64,000 nt of DNA from Mantamonas sphyraenae STR306. Taxonomy: Eukaryota; Protista; CRuMs. The translations under genes were made by a program, and so were the position numbers. The notes below the pieces were generated by a model that saw only the letters and a list, made by a program, of their open reading frames with translations, was not told the DNA's origin and made no database searches. The number at the start of each line of letters is the position of its first letter. Positions within the stretch are counted from its first letter, which is position 1. The stretch covers positions 252,695 to 316,694 of the forward strand of contig JAPMXV010000016.1 in NCBI GenBank assembly GCA_026936335.1. Reading direction: 5' to 3'. This document shows, in pieces, positions 10,040 to 22,921 of this stretch.

Positions 10040-11770
10040 CTACCAATACCCAGGCACGTCCAGATCCACATTCTCTCCCTTGTTGACCAGAATCTTGGCG
10101 CAGAAGGAGCACACGCGCAGCACGTCCGTCTTTTGCTCCTTGTTGGACCAGTGCGACCACCAGTTGGACGAGCAATTGGCGCAAAACACCTTTCCGCAAA
10201 ACCTGCAGTGGTGTCGCCTGGTCATGATCCATCCAAACTCTGTGTTGCAGCTGCAGCAATTCGGTGCATCCTCGTCCGCCATCCACTTGCTCTGCAGCAG
10301 AGGTTCTGGCGGCGGACTGTACGACCTGCGCCTCCTCCGGCTCTCTTCCACATCCACATCGTTTGTGGACTTTGTACGTCGCGTGACTCTCTTGAATGCC
10401 CACGGCATTGCCTCTTGTTCCACTGTCGGCGTCGATGCGCTCGACGAACTTGCTCCTTCGCTCTGCCCGTCCCGAGAGCTCAGTGTCGAAATGGTGAATT
10501 CAGACTCGCTTCGAGTGCGGCCCCCTCGCCTGCGATCTCCTTCCGGCTCGTCTCCTTCGCCGTTGCTTTCCTGACGAGTGCGCACTACACTCACGCTCTG
10601 CGTGCGTGCACGCACTCCACCCTGTACAGATCCCACCCCCAAAATCTCGTCGTTCACGCTGTCGTGGCTGTGATACCGTCCTTTGCGCTGGCTACCCTGC
10701 CTCTGGTGTGGTTTGCCGCCGGCCCCACGCCGTTGGTTGTGATTGTGGTTGCCCATGGTGTTGTCGCTGTTCACCACAACCGTCTTGCCTCCGGTCGAGC
10801 CCTCGTCTTCCGACGCCCCACGCAAACCGCCCTCGTTCAGCGGCGGCGAGCGTGCAAACGCCTTTTCCGTGTCTTCCATGGACACGACAACGGGTGCGCC
10901 GTGGCTGCTGTGCGACGAATTGCTGTCTCCCAGCGGCTCGCTTGTCAACGAGGCGGAAGGCAATGACGGAATGGTCTCCAAACTCGTCGCCTCGCTGCCG
11001 TTCTCCTCCTCGTCCACATCGTCCTCAGACAACACGCGATTGATGGTTCCCTGGAATAATGACGCCATGCCCGACTGGCTCCCTTCGTCTCCACCTTCGC
11101 CTCCGCCCTCCTCGTCCGTTCCCGCCACTTCGGGCCGTTTTCCACCGTCGCCTTCCGAGAACTGCGTCCGGCCGGCTCCTTCCACGCGTACGGCAACCCC
11201 AGCCATTTCCTTGTCCGCGTGCATCTGCAGTAGCTCCATTACTTCATGGTTGTCAAACGCACTGGCCAGCTCAAACGCAGTCTGGCCATTGTGAGTCTGC
11301 ACGCTCAGGTCGGCGCCGTTTCCCAGGAGTTCCCGAGTCAAGTCGACGTCATTCCGCGATGCTGCCACATGAAGCGGCGTCTGTCCATACTCGTTGCTGC
11401 AGTTCACTTCTGCTCCAAATTCCAGCAGCACACTGACCGCGTCATGATGTGCCTGACGCACGGCGCTGAACAACGGTGTCACCCCGACGCCATTCTGTCC
11501 GTTCAATTGCTCCAAATCCGCCCCGACCTCGCACAGTACTCGCACACACTCGCCACTGTCCATGTTGACAGCTTCATGCAGAGCACTCTCCCCTTGACCA
11601 TCCTGTACATTCACCTTGCTCCGCAGTGGCCCCTTGCGTTCCAGTAACCGACGCAGGCAGTCCGCGTGGCCCAGTGCCGCGGCCACATGCAACGCCGTCT
11701 GGCCCTCCCCCAACAATGTGATTTCACCACACAGGCATGTCGCCTCTTGGGCTTCGTAGTCCAGCGACAT
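10040..11770 (-). CDS. Ankyrin-repeat plus C-terminal FYVE domain protein
   Basis: About five ankyrin repeats (GQTALHVAA, GESALHEAV, GVTPLFSAV, GQTPLHVAA) and a FYVE signature WMADED..CCSC..RRHHCRFCGKVFC..RVC. Confidence 0.9.
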   Translation of the reverse strand: MSLDYEAQEATCLCGEITLLGEGQTALHVAAALGHADCLRRLLERKGPLRSKVNVQDGQGESALHEAVNMDSGECVRVLCEVGADLEQLNGQNGVGVTPLFSAVRQAHHDAVSVLLEFGAEVNCSNEYGQTPLHVAASRNDVDLTRELLGNGADLSVQTHNGQTAFELASAFDNHEVMELLQMHADKEMAGVAVRVEGAGRTQFSEGDGGKRPEVAGTDEEGGGEGGDEGSQSGMASLFQGTINRVLSEDDVDEEENGSEATSLETIPSLPSASLTSEPLGDSNSSHSSHGAPVVVSMEDTEKAFARSPPLNEGGLRGASEDEGSTGGKTVVVNSDNTMGNHNHNQRRGAGGKPHQRQGSQRKGRYHSHDSVNDEILGVGSVQGGVRARTQSVSVVRTRQESNGEGDEPEGDRRRGGRTRSESEFTISTLSSRDGQSEGASSSSASTPTVEQEAMPWAFKRVTRRTKSTNDVDVEESRRRRRSYSPPPEPLLQSKWMADEDAPNCCSCNTEFGWIMTRRHHCRFCGKVFCANCSSNWWSHWSNKEQKTDVLRVCSFCAKILVNKGENVDLDVPGYW

Positions 11771-11885
11771 GTGCACGCGTGCGGTGGTTGTTTTGGATGG
11801 CCGCTCGCGTCGTCGACGGATGCAACACATCCGGTTTCACGGCCGCTGATCGACCCACCACACATTTATTGCAGTGCATCAGATA

Positions 11886-14800
11886 ATGAGTCGAAGAGAA
11901 ACAACCCGCCGCATGGACTCCATGGCCAGCCTTCCGGAGGAGGCAAAGGAAGTCCGGGCGCCCAAACATCCGGAAGAGGTACGTCAATGGCCATGGTGTT
12001 GGACGGCACTTGGTCGCGTGGTGCCACACACATGCATTCACTGCCGGTTCTACGATGACTGTATGCGTGCGCGCGTGGTGAGCAGTTGAGGCGCGCAAAC
12101 GCCAAGTCTGCGTCGCGTCGCGACGCCTGTAACGGCTGAAATAAGCACGGGCCTCTTCCTGCGTACTGGCGTTTCAACGGTCAAATGCACGCACGGACGT
12201 GGTGCAATGCGACCAGGCGCAGAACGGGAAGCAGTTTCATGGCTTTCTCATGGCTGTGACCCTTGGGCGCGGGTTGGGTGAGGCAACGTCGAACGCACAC
12301 TGACACTCTTGTCCCGTACCCGCTGGCAATACGTGAAATCCACACGGATTCCGGTCGTTGTGTGTCCACCGTGAATGGCATGGGTGTGCTTGCCGGTCCA
12401 TTCCTCCCATCTTGCAGGAACTGTACAGGGTGGCGTCGCATGACGACACAGAGCTGACACGCAAGGTGTTGAAGAAGCACAAGGGCAAGCTGAACCTGGA
12501 TTGGCCAAACGACGAGGAGCGCAACTTTACCGCGTTGCACGTGTGCGTGCACCACAACTACACACAAACCACAAACATCTTGCTCGCTGCCGGGGCAAAT
12601 CCGAACGCTGTCGCCGTGGGTGGCCGCACCCCTCTGCACGTGGCCGTGCTGCACAGCTGCCACGAGGCACGAGACACGCTCCTCAGGCGCAGCAAGGAAG
12701 GCGCACGCAAAGCAAACATCAAACTCAAGGCCAATATGTACGTCAAACTCGATCCGCAGGACTCGACCAAAAAGTTTACGCCGTTCCACTACGCTTGCAT
12801 GGAGAACGACGTCGACTCGGTGATTGCCCTTCTGCAGCACAGAGCCGATCCTTGGAAGTTGGACGAGGATGGTAACTGTGGCCTGCACCTGGCTGCGGAC
12901 AAGGGCAGCGACAAGGTGGCCGAATACCTGGTCAAGCACTACCCGGAGATGGTCGACTTTACAAACAGCTGGAACGAGGGACCGCTGCTTAAATCGGTGC
13001 ACAGCGGCCACCCTGTGGTGGCCAAACTGCTGCTGGACACCGGGGCGGTGGACGTGGAGCGAGAAAACGTGTCTGGCGTCTCGCCGCTGAAAGACGCCGT
13101 GTACAACGGTAACGACGAGTGCGTTTCGCTGCTCATCGACTACGGTGCCGATTTGCACAAGAAGGACGAGAATGGAAACATGGCCATCCACTACGCCGCC
13201 GCCATGGGCCACAGCAAAGTGACAAAGACTTTGGTCGAACACGGGGCCAGCGTCAATCAGATGGACTACGGGGGCCGTACGGCAGTGGACTATGCACTGG
13301 ACAGCGACCCAAAGGTGACCAAGAAGCTGCTGAAGGAGCGTGGCGCAAAGGAGTCGGTGATTGACGAGAACAACCCAGAGGAGGTGTTGGGAGTGTTGAC
13401 GAGGCAGGGCGGCATTGGAGGCATGTTGCTGATGACCAATGCAGTGCGCGTGATTGCAAAGCGCTGGAGGGAGCTGTTGTACAGGCGGCGCAAGCAGGTC
13501 GGTGTTCAGTGCGAGCCGTGGGAGGACCCCGAGTTGGCGAAGCTGCGCGACCAGCTGGAAAAGGAGACGGAGCACAGGAAGAGGCTGGAGGAGCGTCATC
13601 GGGTACTGCGTGATGGCTTGACAAAGATGATCAACACGGAGAAGAAGGAGCTGGAGGCGATGAAAACGACGCGAGTCAAAGCAACCACGAAGGACGCAGA
13701 TCTTCTCGACTTTACGCAGGGAATCATTGATGAGCTGAAACGAGGAGGTGGCGACGCAGGCGCACAGCTTGCCGAACTGCGTGCGGGCCTGATTGACATT
13801 TGCAAGACGGAAAAGGACAAGACGGAGACCCTGAAGATGTTTAGCGTATCTGAGGAGAACAGCAACACAGAGTTGTTGCGCATGGACGAGCAGCTCATCC
13901 AGTACCATCAGAAGGAGACGCAGCGCATGCAGAAACAGCTGGAGGCGTTGCGCCGCGCGATAGCCAGCAATTGCGAAACCAGTGCACGCATGATGCCCAA
14001 GGGCGCACGCGTTGATGCAAAACACGTGGAGGCTGCAGAGGCAACCGGAGAGGATGATGTGCTTGTGGAGATGGACGCCAAGGTGAACGCAGAGTGGAAG
14101 CGGCTGTACGCGGACATGGAAAAGAAACGGGACAGGTTGCAGGTTGTGCGTGACGGCCTGCAGCGGATCGTGGAAGTGGAAATCGAAAGTGTCGATGACA
14201 TGGATGAGAACGTTGACGAACACACGAGCCACGAAGAATTGCTGGCACTGGATGCACAAATTATTGAAACGCACAAAGCGACGATTGACGAGCTGCAGGA
14301 GCTGCGAGACGAACTGATTCAGCTTTGCTACCGCGAAAAGGGATCTGTACCATCACTGGCAGAGACGGAGATCGACGAGAACGAGATCGAGAACAGCGAT
14401 CTGCTGGAAATTGCAGAACGGATCATGCAAGAGAATGCGTCTCAGCTGAAGCATTTGCGCAAGGACTTGCATTTGTTGTGCACAGACGGACGCCAGGGAA
14501 TGGAGTCTGTGGAGAAGATGGAGCTCGTGGAAGACGACAACAAGTCGCTGATGGCGGTGGACCGGGCAATCATTGAGGCGAGGAAGGAGCAGGTGCGGGA
14601 GCTGCAGTCGGAGCTGGAGGAGGTGGAGAAGCGACTGGAGGGACTGCGTGGGGCACTGCTGGAAGTGTGTGAAAGCGAGCGACGTGGATTCGAAGCGCTG
14701 GAGAAGAAGGCGCTGGATGACAAGAGCAGTGACGAGGCACTGATTGCGATGGACCGGGAGATCATTGCGGCAAGCAAGGCGGGTGTGAAGCCCGTGCTGG

Positions 14801-17800
14801 CACGACTGGAGGCGCTGAGGAGTGCACTGATGGGAGTGTTGGAGGAGGAGAAGGAGGCGGTGCATGGACTGGCGAACAAGAAGTACGATGGAAGTGTGGG
14901 GGATGACGAGCTTGTGGATGACGAACGTGCGGTGATTGCAGCGCTGAAGGACCACAACCTGGAGGAGGTGACTGCGGAGCTGGAGGCACTGCGTCGCGGG
15001 CTGGTGGAGGTGTGTGTGAGTGGAAAGGAGGGAGTGCCTGGGATGGAGGAGAAGGAAGTGGACGAGAAGACAAGCGACAAGGAGTTGCTGGCAGTGGACA
15101 GGGCAATCATTGCAGCGAGCAAGGGAGAGACGCAGCGTGTGTTGGGAGAGCTGTCGGCGCTGCGAAAGATGCTTGCGGAGCTGTGTGCAGAGGAGAGGAG
15201 CGGATTTGAGACTGTGGAGAAGATGGAGCTCGTGGAAGACGACAACAAGTCGCTGATGGCGGTGGACCGGGCAATCATTGAGGCGAGGAAGGAGCAGGTG
15301 CGGGAGCTGCAGTCGGAGCTGGAGGAGGTGGAGAAGCGACTGGAGGGGCTGCGTGGGGCACTGCTGGAAGTGTGTGAAAGCGAGCGACGTGGATTCGAAG
15401 CGCTGGAGAAGAAGGCGCTGGATGACAAGAGCAGTGACGAGGCACTGATTGCGATGGACCGGGAGATCATTGCGGCAAGCAAGGCGGGGGGTGAAGCCCG
15501 TGCTGGCACGACTGGAGGCGCTGAGGAGTGCACTGATGGGAGTGTTGGAGGAGGAGAAGGAGGCGGTGCATGGACTGGCGAACAAGAAGTACGATGGAAG
15601 TGTGGGGGATGACGAGCTTGTGATGACGAACGTGCGGTGATTGCAGCGCTGAAGGACCACAACCTGGAGGAGGTGACTGCGGAGCTGGAGGCACTGCGTC
15701 GCGGGCTGGTGGAGGTGTGTGTGAGTGGAAAGGAGGGAGTGCCTGGGGTGGAGGAGAAGGAAGTGGACGAGAAGACAAGCGACAAGGAGTTGCTGGCAGT
15801 GGACAGGGCAATCATTGCAGCGAGCAAGGGAGAGATGCAGCGTGTGTTGGGAGAGCTGTCGGCGCTGCGAAAGATGCTTGCGGAGCTGTGTGCAGAGGAG
15901 AGGAGCGGGTTTGAGACTGTGGAGAAGATGGAGCTTGTGGAAGACGACAACAAGTCGCTGATGGCGGTGGACCGGGCAATCATTGAGGCGAGGAAGGAGC
16001 AGGTGCGGGAGCTGCAGTCGGAGCTGGAGGAGGTGGAGAAGCGACTGGAGGGGCTGCGTGGGGCACTGCTGGAAGTGTGTGAAAGCGAGCGACGTGGATT
16101 CGAAGCGCTGGAGAAGAAGGCGCTGGATGACAAGAGCAGCGACGAGGCACTGATTGCGATGGACCGGGAGATCATTGCGGCAAGCAAGGCGGGTGTGAAG
16201 CCCGTGCTGGCACGACTGGAGGCGCTGAGGAGTGCACTGATGGGAGTGTTGGAGGAGGAGAAGGAGGCGGTGCATGGACTGGCGAACAAGAAGTACGATG
16301 GGAGTGTGGGGGATGACGAGCTTGTGGATGACGAACGTGCGGTGATTGCAGCGCTGAAGGACCACAACCTGGAGGAGGTGACTGCGGAGCTGGAGGCACT
16401 GCGTCGCGGACTGGTGGAGGTGTGTGTGAGTGGAAAGGAGGGAGTGCCTGGGGTGGAGGAGAAGGAAGTGGACGAGAAGACAAGCGACAAGGAGTTGCTG
16501 GCAGTGGACAGGGCAATCATTGCAGCGAGCAAGGGAGAGACGCAGCGTGTGTTGGGAGAGCTGTCGGCGTTGCGAAAGATGCTTGCGGAGCTGTGTGCAG
16601 AGGAGAGGAGCGGGTTTGAGACTGTGGAGAAGATGGAGCTTGTGGAAGACGACAACAAGTCGCTGATGGCGGTGGACCGGGCAATCATTGAGGCGAGGAA
16701 GGAGCAGGTGCGAGAGCTGCAGTCGGAGCTGGAGGAGGTGGAGAAGCGACTGGAGGGGCTGCGTGGGGCACTGCTGGAAGTGTGTGAAAGCGAGCGACGT
16801 GGATTCGAAGCGCTGGAGAAGAAGGCGCTGGATGACAAGAGCAGTGACGAGGCACTGATTGCGATGGACCGGGAGATCATTGCGGCAAGCAAGGCGGGTG
16901 TGAAGCCCGTGCTGGCACGACTGGAGGCGCTGAGGAGTGCACTGATGGGAGTGTTGGAGGAGGAGAAGGAGGCGGTGCATGGACTGGCGAACAAGAAGTA
17001 CGATGGGAGTGTGGGGGATGACGAGCTTGTGGATGACGAACGTGCGGTGATTGCAGCGCTGAAGGACCACAACCTGGAGGAGGTGACTGCGGAGCTGGAG
17101 GCACTGCGTCGCGGACTGGTGGAGGTGTGTGTGAGTGGAAAGGAGGGAGTGCCTGGGGTGGAGGAGAAGGAAGTGGACGAGAAGACAAGCGACAAGGAGT
17201 TGCTGGCAGTGGACAGGGCAATCATTGCAGCGAGCAAGGGAGAGACGCAGCGTGTGTTGGGAGAGCTGTCGGCGCTGCGAAAGATGCTTGCGGAGCTGTG
17301 TGCAGAGGAGAGGAGCGGGTTTGAGACTGTGGAGAAGATGGAGCTTGTGGAAGACGACAACAAGTCGCTGATGGCGGTGGACCGGGCAATCATTGAGGCG
17401 AGGAAGGAGCAGGTGCGAGAGCTGCAGTCGGAGCTGGAGGAGGTGGAGAAGCGACTGGAGGGGCTGCGTGGGGCACTGCTGGAAGTGTGTGAAAGCGAGC
17501 GACGTGGATTCGAAGCGCTGGAGAAGAAGGCGCTGGATGACAAGAGCAGCGACGAGGCACTGATTGCGATGGACCGGGATATCATTGCGGCAAGCAAGGC
17601 GGGTGTGAAGCCCGTGCTGGCACGACTGGAGGCGCTGAGGAGTGCACTGATGGGAGTGTTGGAGGAGGAGAAGGAGGCGGTGCATGGACTGGCGAACAAG
17701 AAGTACGATGGAAGTGTGGGGGATGACGAGCTTGTGGATGACGAACGTGCGGTGATTGCAGCGCTGAAGGACCACAACCTGGAGGAGGTGACTGCGGAGC

Positions 17801-20800
17801 TGGAGGCACTGCGTCGCGGACTGGTGGAGGTGTGTGTGAGTGGAAAGGAGGGAGTGCCTGGGGTGGAGGAGAAGGAAGTGGACGAGAAGACAAGCGACAA
17901 GGAGTTGCTGGCAGTGGACAGGGCAATCATTGCAGCGAGCAAGGGAGAGACGCAGCGTGTGTTGGGAGAGCTGTCGGCGCTGCGAAAGATGCTTGCGGAG
18001 CTGTGTGCAGAGGAGAGGAGCGGATTTGAGACTGTGGAGAAGATGGAGCTTGTGGAAGACGACAACAAGTCGCTGATGGCGGTGGACCGGGCAATCATTG
18101 AGGCGAGGAAGGAGCAGGTGCGAGAGCTGCAGTCGGAGCTGGAGGAGGTGGAGAAGCGACTGGAGGGGCTGCGTGGGGCACTGCTGGAAGTGTGTGAAAG
18201 CGAGCGACGTGGATTCGAAGCGCTGGAGAAGAAGGCGCTGGATGACAAGAGCAGTGACGAGGCACTGATTGCGATGGACCGGGATATCATTGCGGCAAGC
18301 AAGGCGGGTGTGAAGCCCGTGCTGGCACGACTGGAGGCGCTGAGGAGTGCACTGATGGGAGTGTTGGAGGAGGAGAAGGAGGCGGTGCATGGACTGGCGA
18401 ACAAGAAGTACGATGGAAGTGTGGGGGATGACGAGCTTGTGGATGACGAACGTGCGGTGATTGCAGCGCTGAAGGACCACAACCTGGAGGAGGTGACTGC
18501 GGAGCTGGAGGCACTGCGTCGCGGGCTGGTGGAGGTGTGTGTGAGTGGAAAGGAGGGAGTGCCTGGGATGGAGGAGAAGGAAGTGGACGAGAAGACAAGC
18601 GACAAGGAGTTGCTGGCAGTGGACAGGGCAATCATTGCAGCGAGCAAGGGAGAGACGCAGCGTGTGTTGGGAGAGCTGTCGGCGCTGCGAAAGATGCTTG
18701 CGGAGCTGTGTGCAGAGGAGAGGAGCGGGTTTGAGACTGTGGAGAAGATGGAGCTTGTGGAAGACGACAACAAGTCGCTGATGGCGGTGGACCGGGCAAT
18801 CATTGAGGCGAGGAAGGAGCAGGTGCGAGAGCTGCAGTCGGAGCTGGAGGAGGTGGAGAAGCGACTGGAGGGGCTGCGTGGGGCACTGCTGGAAGTGTGT
18901 GAAAGCGAGCGACGTGGATTCGAAGCGCTGGAGAAGAAGGCGCTGGATGACAAGAGCAGCGACGAGGCACTGATTGCGATGGACCGGGATATCATTGCGG
19001 CAAGCAAGGCGGGTGTGAAGCCCGTGCTGGCACGACTGGAGGCGCTGAGGAGTGCACTGATGGGAGTGTTGGAGGAGGAGAAGGAGGCGGTGCATGGACT
19101 GGCGAACAAGAAGTACGATGGGAGTGTGGGGGATGACGAGCTTGTGGATGACGAACGTGCGGTGATTGCAGCGCTGAAGGACCACAACCTGGAGGAGGTG
19201 ACTGCGGAGCTGGAGGCACTGCGTCGCGGACTGGTGGAGGTGTGTGTGAGTGGAAAGGAGGGAGTTCCTGGGGTGGAGGAGAAGGAGGTGGACGAGAAGA
19301 CAAGCGACAAGGAGTTGCTGGCAGTGGACAGGGCAATCATTGACGTCCTCAAGAAGGAGAATGATTGCTTGCGAAGCGGTGTGGTCGACGTGCTCGCCCG
19401 GGAGTATGAGGGTGGTGTTTCGCATGATGCCCTGCCGCCGAGCAAGTTGCAGTCAGAAAGCAACGCTCGTCTGGTCAAACGACTTTCGTTGCTGGTGTCA
19501 GCTTTATTGGCTGCTTTGAACACCAAACCTGAACCGATGGTTGTGGAACGTGCTGGGCAGCCTGTGGTGGACACTACGCTGTGGGATGAGTTGAAGGTGG
19601 GCGTGCTTGGGGTGTGCGTCGAGTTTGCTCCGGCCTCTGGCAACGTGACCTTGCCCAATCCAACAGAGTCAAACAACAAGGAGGTCGTGAAAGCCACACA
19701 GGAGGTGATGCAGGCCATGCGCGTGGCTTTGAAGAAGCTACATGCAAAGATGGAGCGAGAAATCAAGGAACGTGATGAGGCGCTGGAGAAGCTTAAGGAA
19801 GAACTGAAGCAGCGCAGGCAGCACATCCGCACCTTGCAGGGTAAGGTTACCGATCTGGAGGCACAGAACAGCAAGCTGGGAGCAGATCTGGAGGAGGCGG
19901 TGCGCAAGATCAAGATTTTGGAACGCGAGATTGAACGTCTGAAGGCCGAAATCCGCAAGCTGAAAGCAGAGCTGGCCAAAAAGCCAAAAGTGGTGGAAAA
20001 GGTGGTGGTCAAAGAACAGGAAAGTCGTGGAGAGCGCAAGCCACGTGAAAAGGCGTCACCGCGAAAGCGAGAGAAGAAGGAGGATGACTGGGACAGGCTG
20101 CTGCTGCTGAAGGAGATACAGAACCTGAAGAAGCAGCTTGCGGACATGACGAAGCTGAAGAAACGGTTTGAGCGGAAGTACGAAGACACGTGCAGGCTGT
20201 TGAACAAGGAATCCACGGGCAGAGCGGGAGAAGAGACGCGGCATCGCGAGACACGTCTGCAGGCCGAGCACCTGAACAAGCGACTGACAAGCGAGCAGAA
20301 GACGCTGCAGGAGGTGGACAAAACAAGAAGCAAGAAGGAGAAACAGCTGGAACGTACGCTGAACTTGCTGGACGAAACAAGTGTGCAGAAAACGGCGGAG
20401 GAGCAACAACTGTTTGAGTTGTCGCTTGAACTGAAGAACGCGCGCAAGGAGTTGGAGTTGCAAAAGGCAGGTACTGATGCAAAGATGCGAGAGGTGCAGG
20501 CAGATTTGGCAGATATCACGCGCCTGGTGTTTGGCGGGTTGGATGCTTGCAAAGGAGAGCTGGATGACAAGGTGGGCGCGGAGGCGTCGATTGAGTCATT
20601 GCTGCGCGAGATGCGACACTTGCTGGTGGAAATTGGGATGGGCGAGCTCGTAGAGGTGGCAGAGGAAGATCGCGCGGTGCCTGTGACTCTGTTGCCGGCG
20701 CTGGTGGTAAACCCTGCGTCATCGTTGTCTCCGGGAATGAGCCCGCGTCTGCGTGGGCGCAAGATGAAACTTTCGCCGCGAGGAGGTAAGAACAAGAGTC

Positions 20801-21354
20801 CTGGGAACCATCAGGGAGGGGACAGCTTGTCGAGCGTGGTGAGGTCAGGCAGCGAAAAGAAGAAAGCCGTGAAACCGAGTGCGCCGGCAGGAACCCCGTC
20901 GAGCAAGGTGGGCACGGGCAAGCAGGTCGTGGCACGATCTACACCGCGGGCAAACCGCATGCGCAAGGAACTGGAGGAGGCAGGGAAAGGCAGCAAGAAA
21001 CAGAAGCAACCCGAACGGGAAAGGGAGGCCGCTAAGGCGGAACCAAAGGCGAAGCAGGAGGAGGTGGACGAGAAGCAAGGTGAAGAGGAAGTGACCAGTT
21101 TGGACCTGGTGGAACCAAAGGCAGGAGGAGAGACAGGCGTGGCGGTGGAGCTGGAAGTGGATGAAGTGGACTCGGATTCGGACGACGACGATGAAGATCT
21201 GGAAGCGTTGCTGGGGAACCGTGGGGGGCAATCAGCAGGAAGCAGCGCAGCTAGCAGCGTGGTGGACACAGTTGTGGGCAAGGTGAGCATCCAACACGAC
21301 AGCCAAGGCCGGCAAACAATTGTGAAGATCTCCACGCCGAAGAAGATGACGTAA
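11886..21354 (+). CDS. Giant (~3000 aa) ankyrin + tandem helical repeat + coiled-coil protein
   Basis: Predicted exon 1 11886-11978 (GTACGT donor), intron to 12417, then ~8 ankyrin repeats, repeated ~78-aa modules and a coiled-coil C-terminus. It is split into two ORFs only by a +1 indel (~15486) and a -1 indel (~15622) within one repeat copy. Confidence 0.8.
14505..19342 (+). repeat. 705-bp coding tandem repeat, ~6.9 near-identical copies (235 aa = 3 x ~78 aa)
   Basis: Identical sub-ORFs recur at 15012, 15717, 16422, 17127, 17832 and 18537 (period 705). Confidence 0.97.
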
Positions 21355-21383
21355 TGAGAAGAAATGGAAACTATATATTGTCA

Positions 21384-22250
21384 TCAAAACACACGTCGCT
21401 GCCCCAGCGGGGGAAGGGAGTTGCCGTTGGAGGTAGAGGAGGCGGACGAGGAAGCCGAGCCAAGAGGGGCGAGAGGACCCAGGGCTCCCAAAGAAGAGGA
21501 GGAGGTGCGTGAGCTGGCAAGGGGCTTGAGCGGCGTCAAGCGCTTGCGTGCAGTCATGACCTTCTCCAGCTCGATTTCACGCTGCCTCTCTTCTGCAGCG
21601 CGGAGCTTGGCGTCGAGATCTTCCTTTGTTGGAGAAGCCTTTTGGGCTTTTTCCCTCTTCATCTTCTCCAGACGGATCTGGGTCTTTGACTTGCGCGCAG
21701 ATGCGCGGAGGGGTTTCTTTACATCAATCTCAATGACCATGGCCTGGGGACGCTGATTCTCCAGGTCCGAGGCGGAGGTGCATCGAGGAGGGGTTGCGAG
21801 GACGTCGTGCTCGTCGTCGCCCTCACTCATTGGCGAGTTGTTGCGGCTGCTTGAGGCAGTGGACGAGGCGTCGGTGGTTTCAGTGAAGCCGTGCATGGAA
21901 ACATCGTCATCCTGGGCGGCTGTGGAGGAAGAAGGGAGGGGGGACGAGGTGGGCATTGTCCGATCAACGGTCGACTTCTTACCCAGCTCTGGGGAGAGCT
22001 CGGGAGCAGGCGAGGCGGATTGGGAGCCAGGGGTAGTGACAGGAGTCATAGCCAGGGCGGGTTGGGAGTGGGCCGGGGTGGAAGGAGCCTGTGGTGTGGA
22101 AGGGGCCGAGGTGTCCGTTGCGAGTTGACCGTTTTCCGATTCAGGCAATCGTGTTTCTTCCACGACGACGGCGGCGGCAGTGGGAGCCGGGGTGATGGTG
22201 GTGGTGTTGGATGCAGATGTCGATGCTTGCTTGGAGGAGCCACAGCCCAT
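21384..22250 (-). CDS. Stathmin-domain protein with N-myristoylation/palmitoylation motif (STMND1-like)
   Basis: MGCGSSK N-terminus, Ser/Pro/Thr-rich linker, and SPTKEDLDAKLRAAEERQREIELEK stathmin-like helix. Confidence 0.75.
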   Translation of the reverse strand: MGCGSSKQASTSASNTTTITPAPTAAAVVVEETRLPESENGQLATDTSAPSTPQAPSTPAHSQPALAMTPVTTPGSQSASPAPELSPELGKKSTVDRTMPTSSPLPSSSTAAQDDDVSMHGFTETTDASSTASSSRNNSPMSEGDDEHDVLATPPRCTSASDLENQRPQAMVIEIDVKKPLRASARKSKTQIRLEKMKREKAQKASPTKEDLDAKLRAAEERQREIELEKVMTARKRLTPLKPLASSRTSSSSLGALGPLAPLGSASSSASSTSNGNSLPPLGQRRVF

Positions 22251-22339
22251 GATGATGTGATGCAGATGTGTGCGGGAAAGAGGTGAGGTGCAGATTGGCA
22301 CCGGGAGCGCAGGGGCAGACATCCCAACTCAACTCGAAC

Positions 22340-22785
22340 ATGTCAGCAAGTGCGCCACGCAAGCTTTCTGGTGTGCAGAAGCAGGTGTTGAGTCTGTACC
22401 GTGGGTTCATGCGGGCTGCGCGGAACAAGGAGGATCCGCAAGTGCGCTTGAGCATCGAGGGTGAGTGGCAGACGTGCAAGCTGTGCACGGCGGAGGAAGC
22501 GTGTGGAGAGGGCAGTTGGTGTGTGCAGGCACCGGGTGACAAAGATGGGTGTTTGGAGCAGAGGAAGGCGATAGGCGGAGCAAAGGGAGGCCAAGCGGCG
22601 ACGGGGCATTTCTGACGCGAATGGAACGCCACGCAGAGCAAGTGCGCAACACGTTCAGGAGAGAACGCACATGTATATATACACGCTCGGACATCATGCG
22701 CATCGAGTACTTGATCCGCCGCGGACAAAAGCAGTTGGAGGTCGTGCGGCGAGATACGTTCAAGGGCCTGGCACGGATGGGATGA
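22340..22785 (+). CDS. SDHAF1: Succinate dehydrogenase assembly factor 1 (LYR protein)
   Basis: LSGVQKQVLSLYRGFMRAAR, intron 22461-22636 (GTGAGT..GCAG), then IMRIEYLIRRGQKQLE. Confidence 0.9.
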
Positions 22786-22921
22786 GGACGAGAAACGATG
22801 AAAATGCACTTGTTTTTGCTGAAGAGACACGTGATAGGTTGCACTGGATGCTTGGTTTGGATCGATGATTTCGCGGCGGAGCCGTGCAGCGCGGTGTCGG
22901 TGCCGCGAGGTCGCTTGCAAC

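Noticed and set aside
12250-12417. Possible GC-AG intron giving MAVTLGRGLGE|ELYR
   Set aside because: A canonical GTACGT donor at 11979 gives an in-phase first exon and fits the divergent-promoter pattern better.
14505-19342. Tandem array as CRISPR, satellite or mobile element
   Set aside because: No spacers or terminal repeats. The unit is a multiple of 3 and in frame within a protein.
14353-20795. 1690-aa and 2117-aa minus-strand ORFs
   Set aside because: Antisense shadows of the E/K/L-rich repeat gene. A stop-free repeat unit propagates the open frame, and the products are S- or L/H/Q-rich with no domain features.
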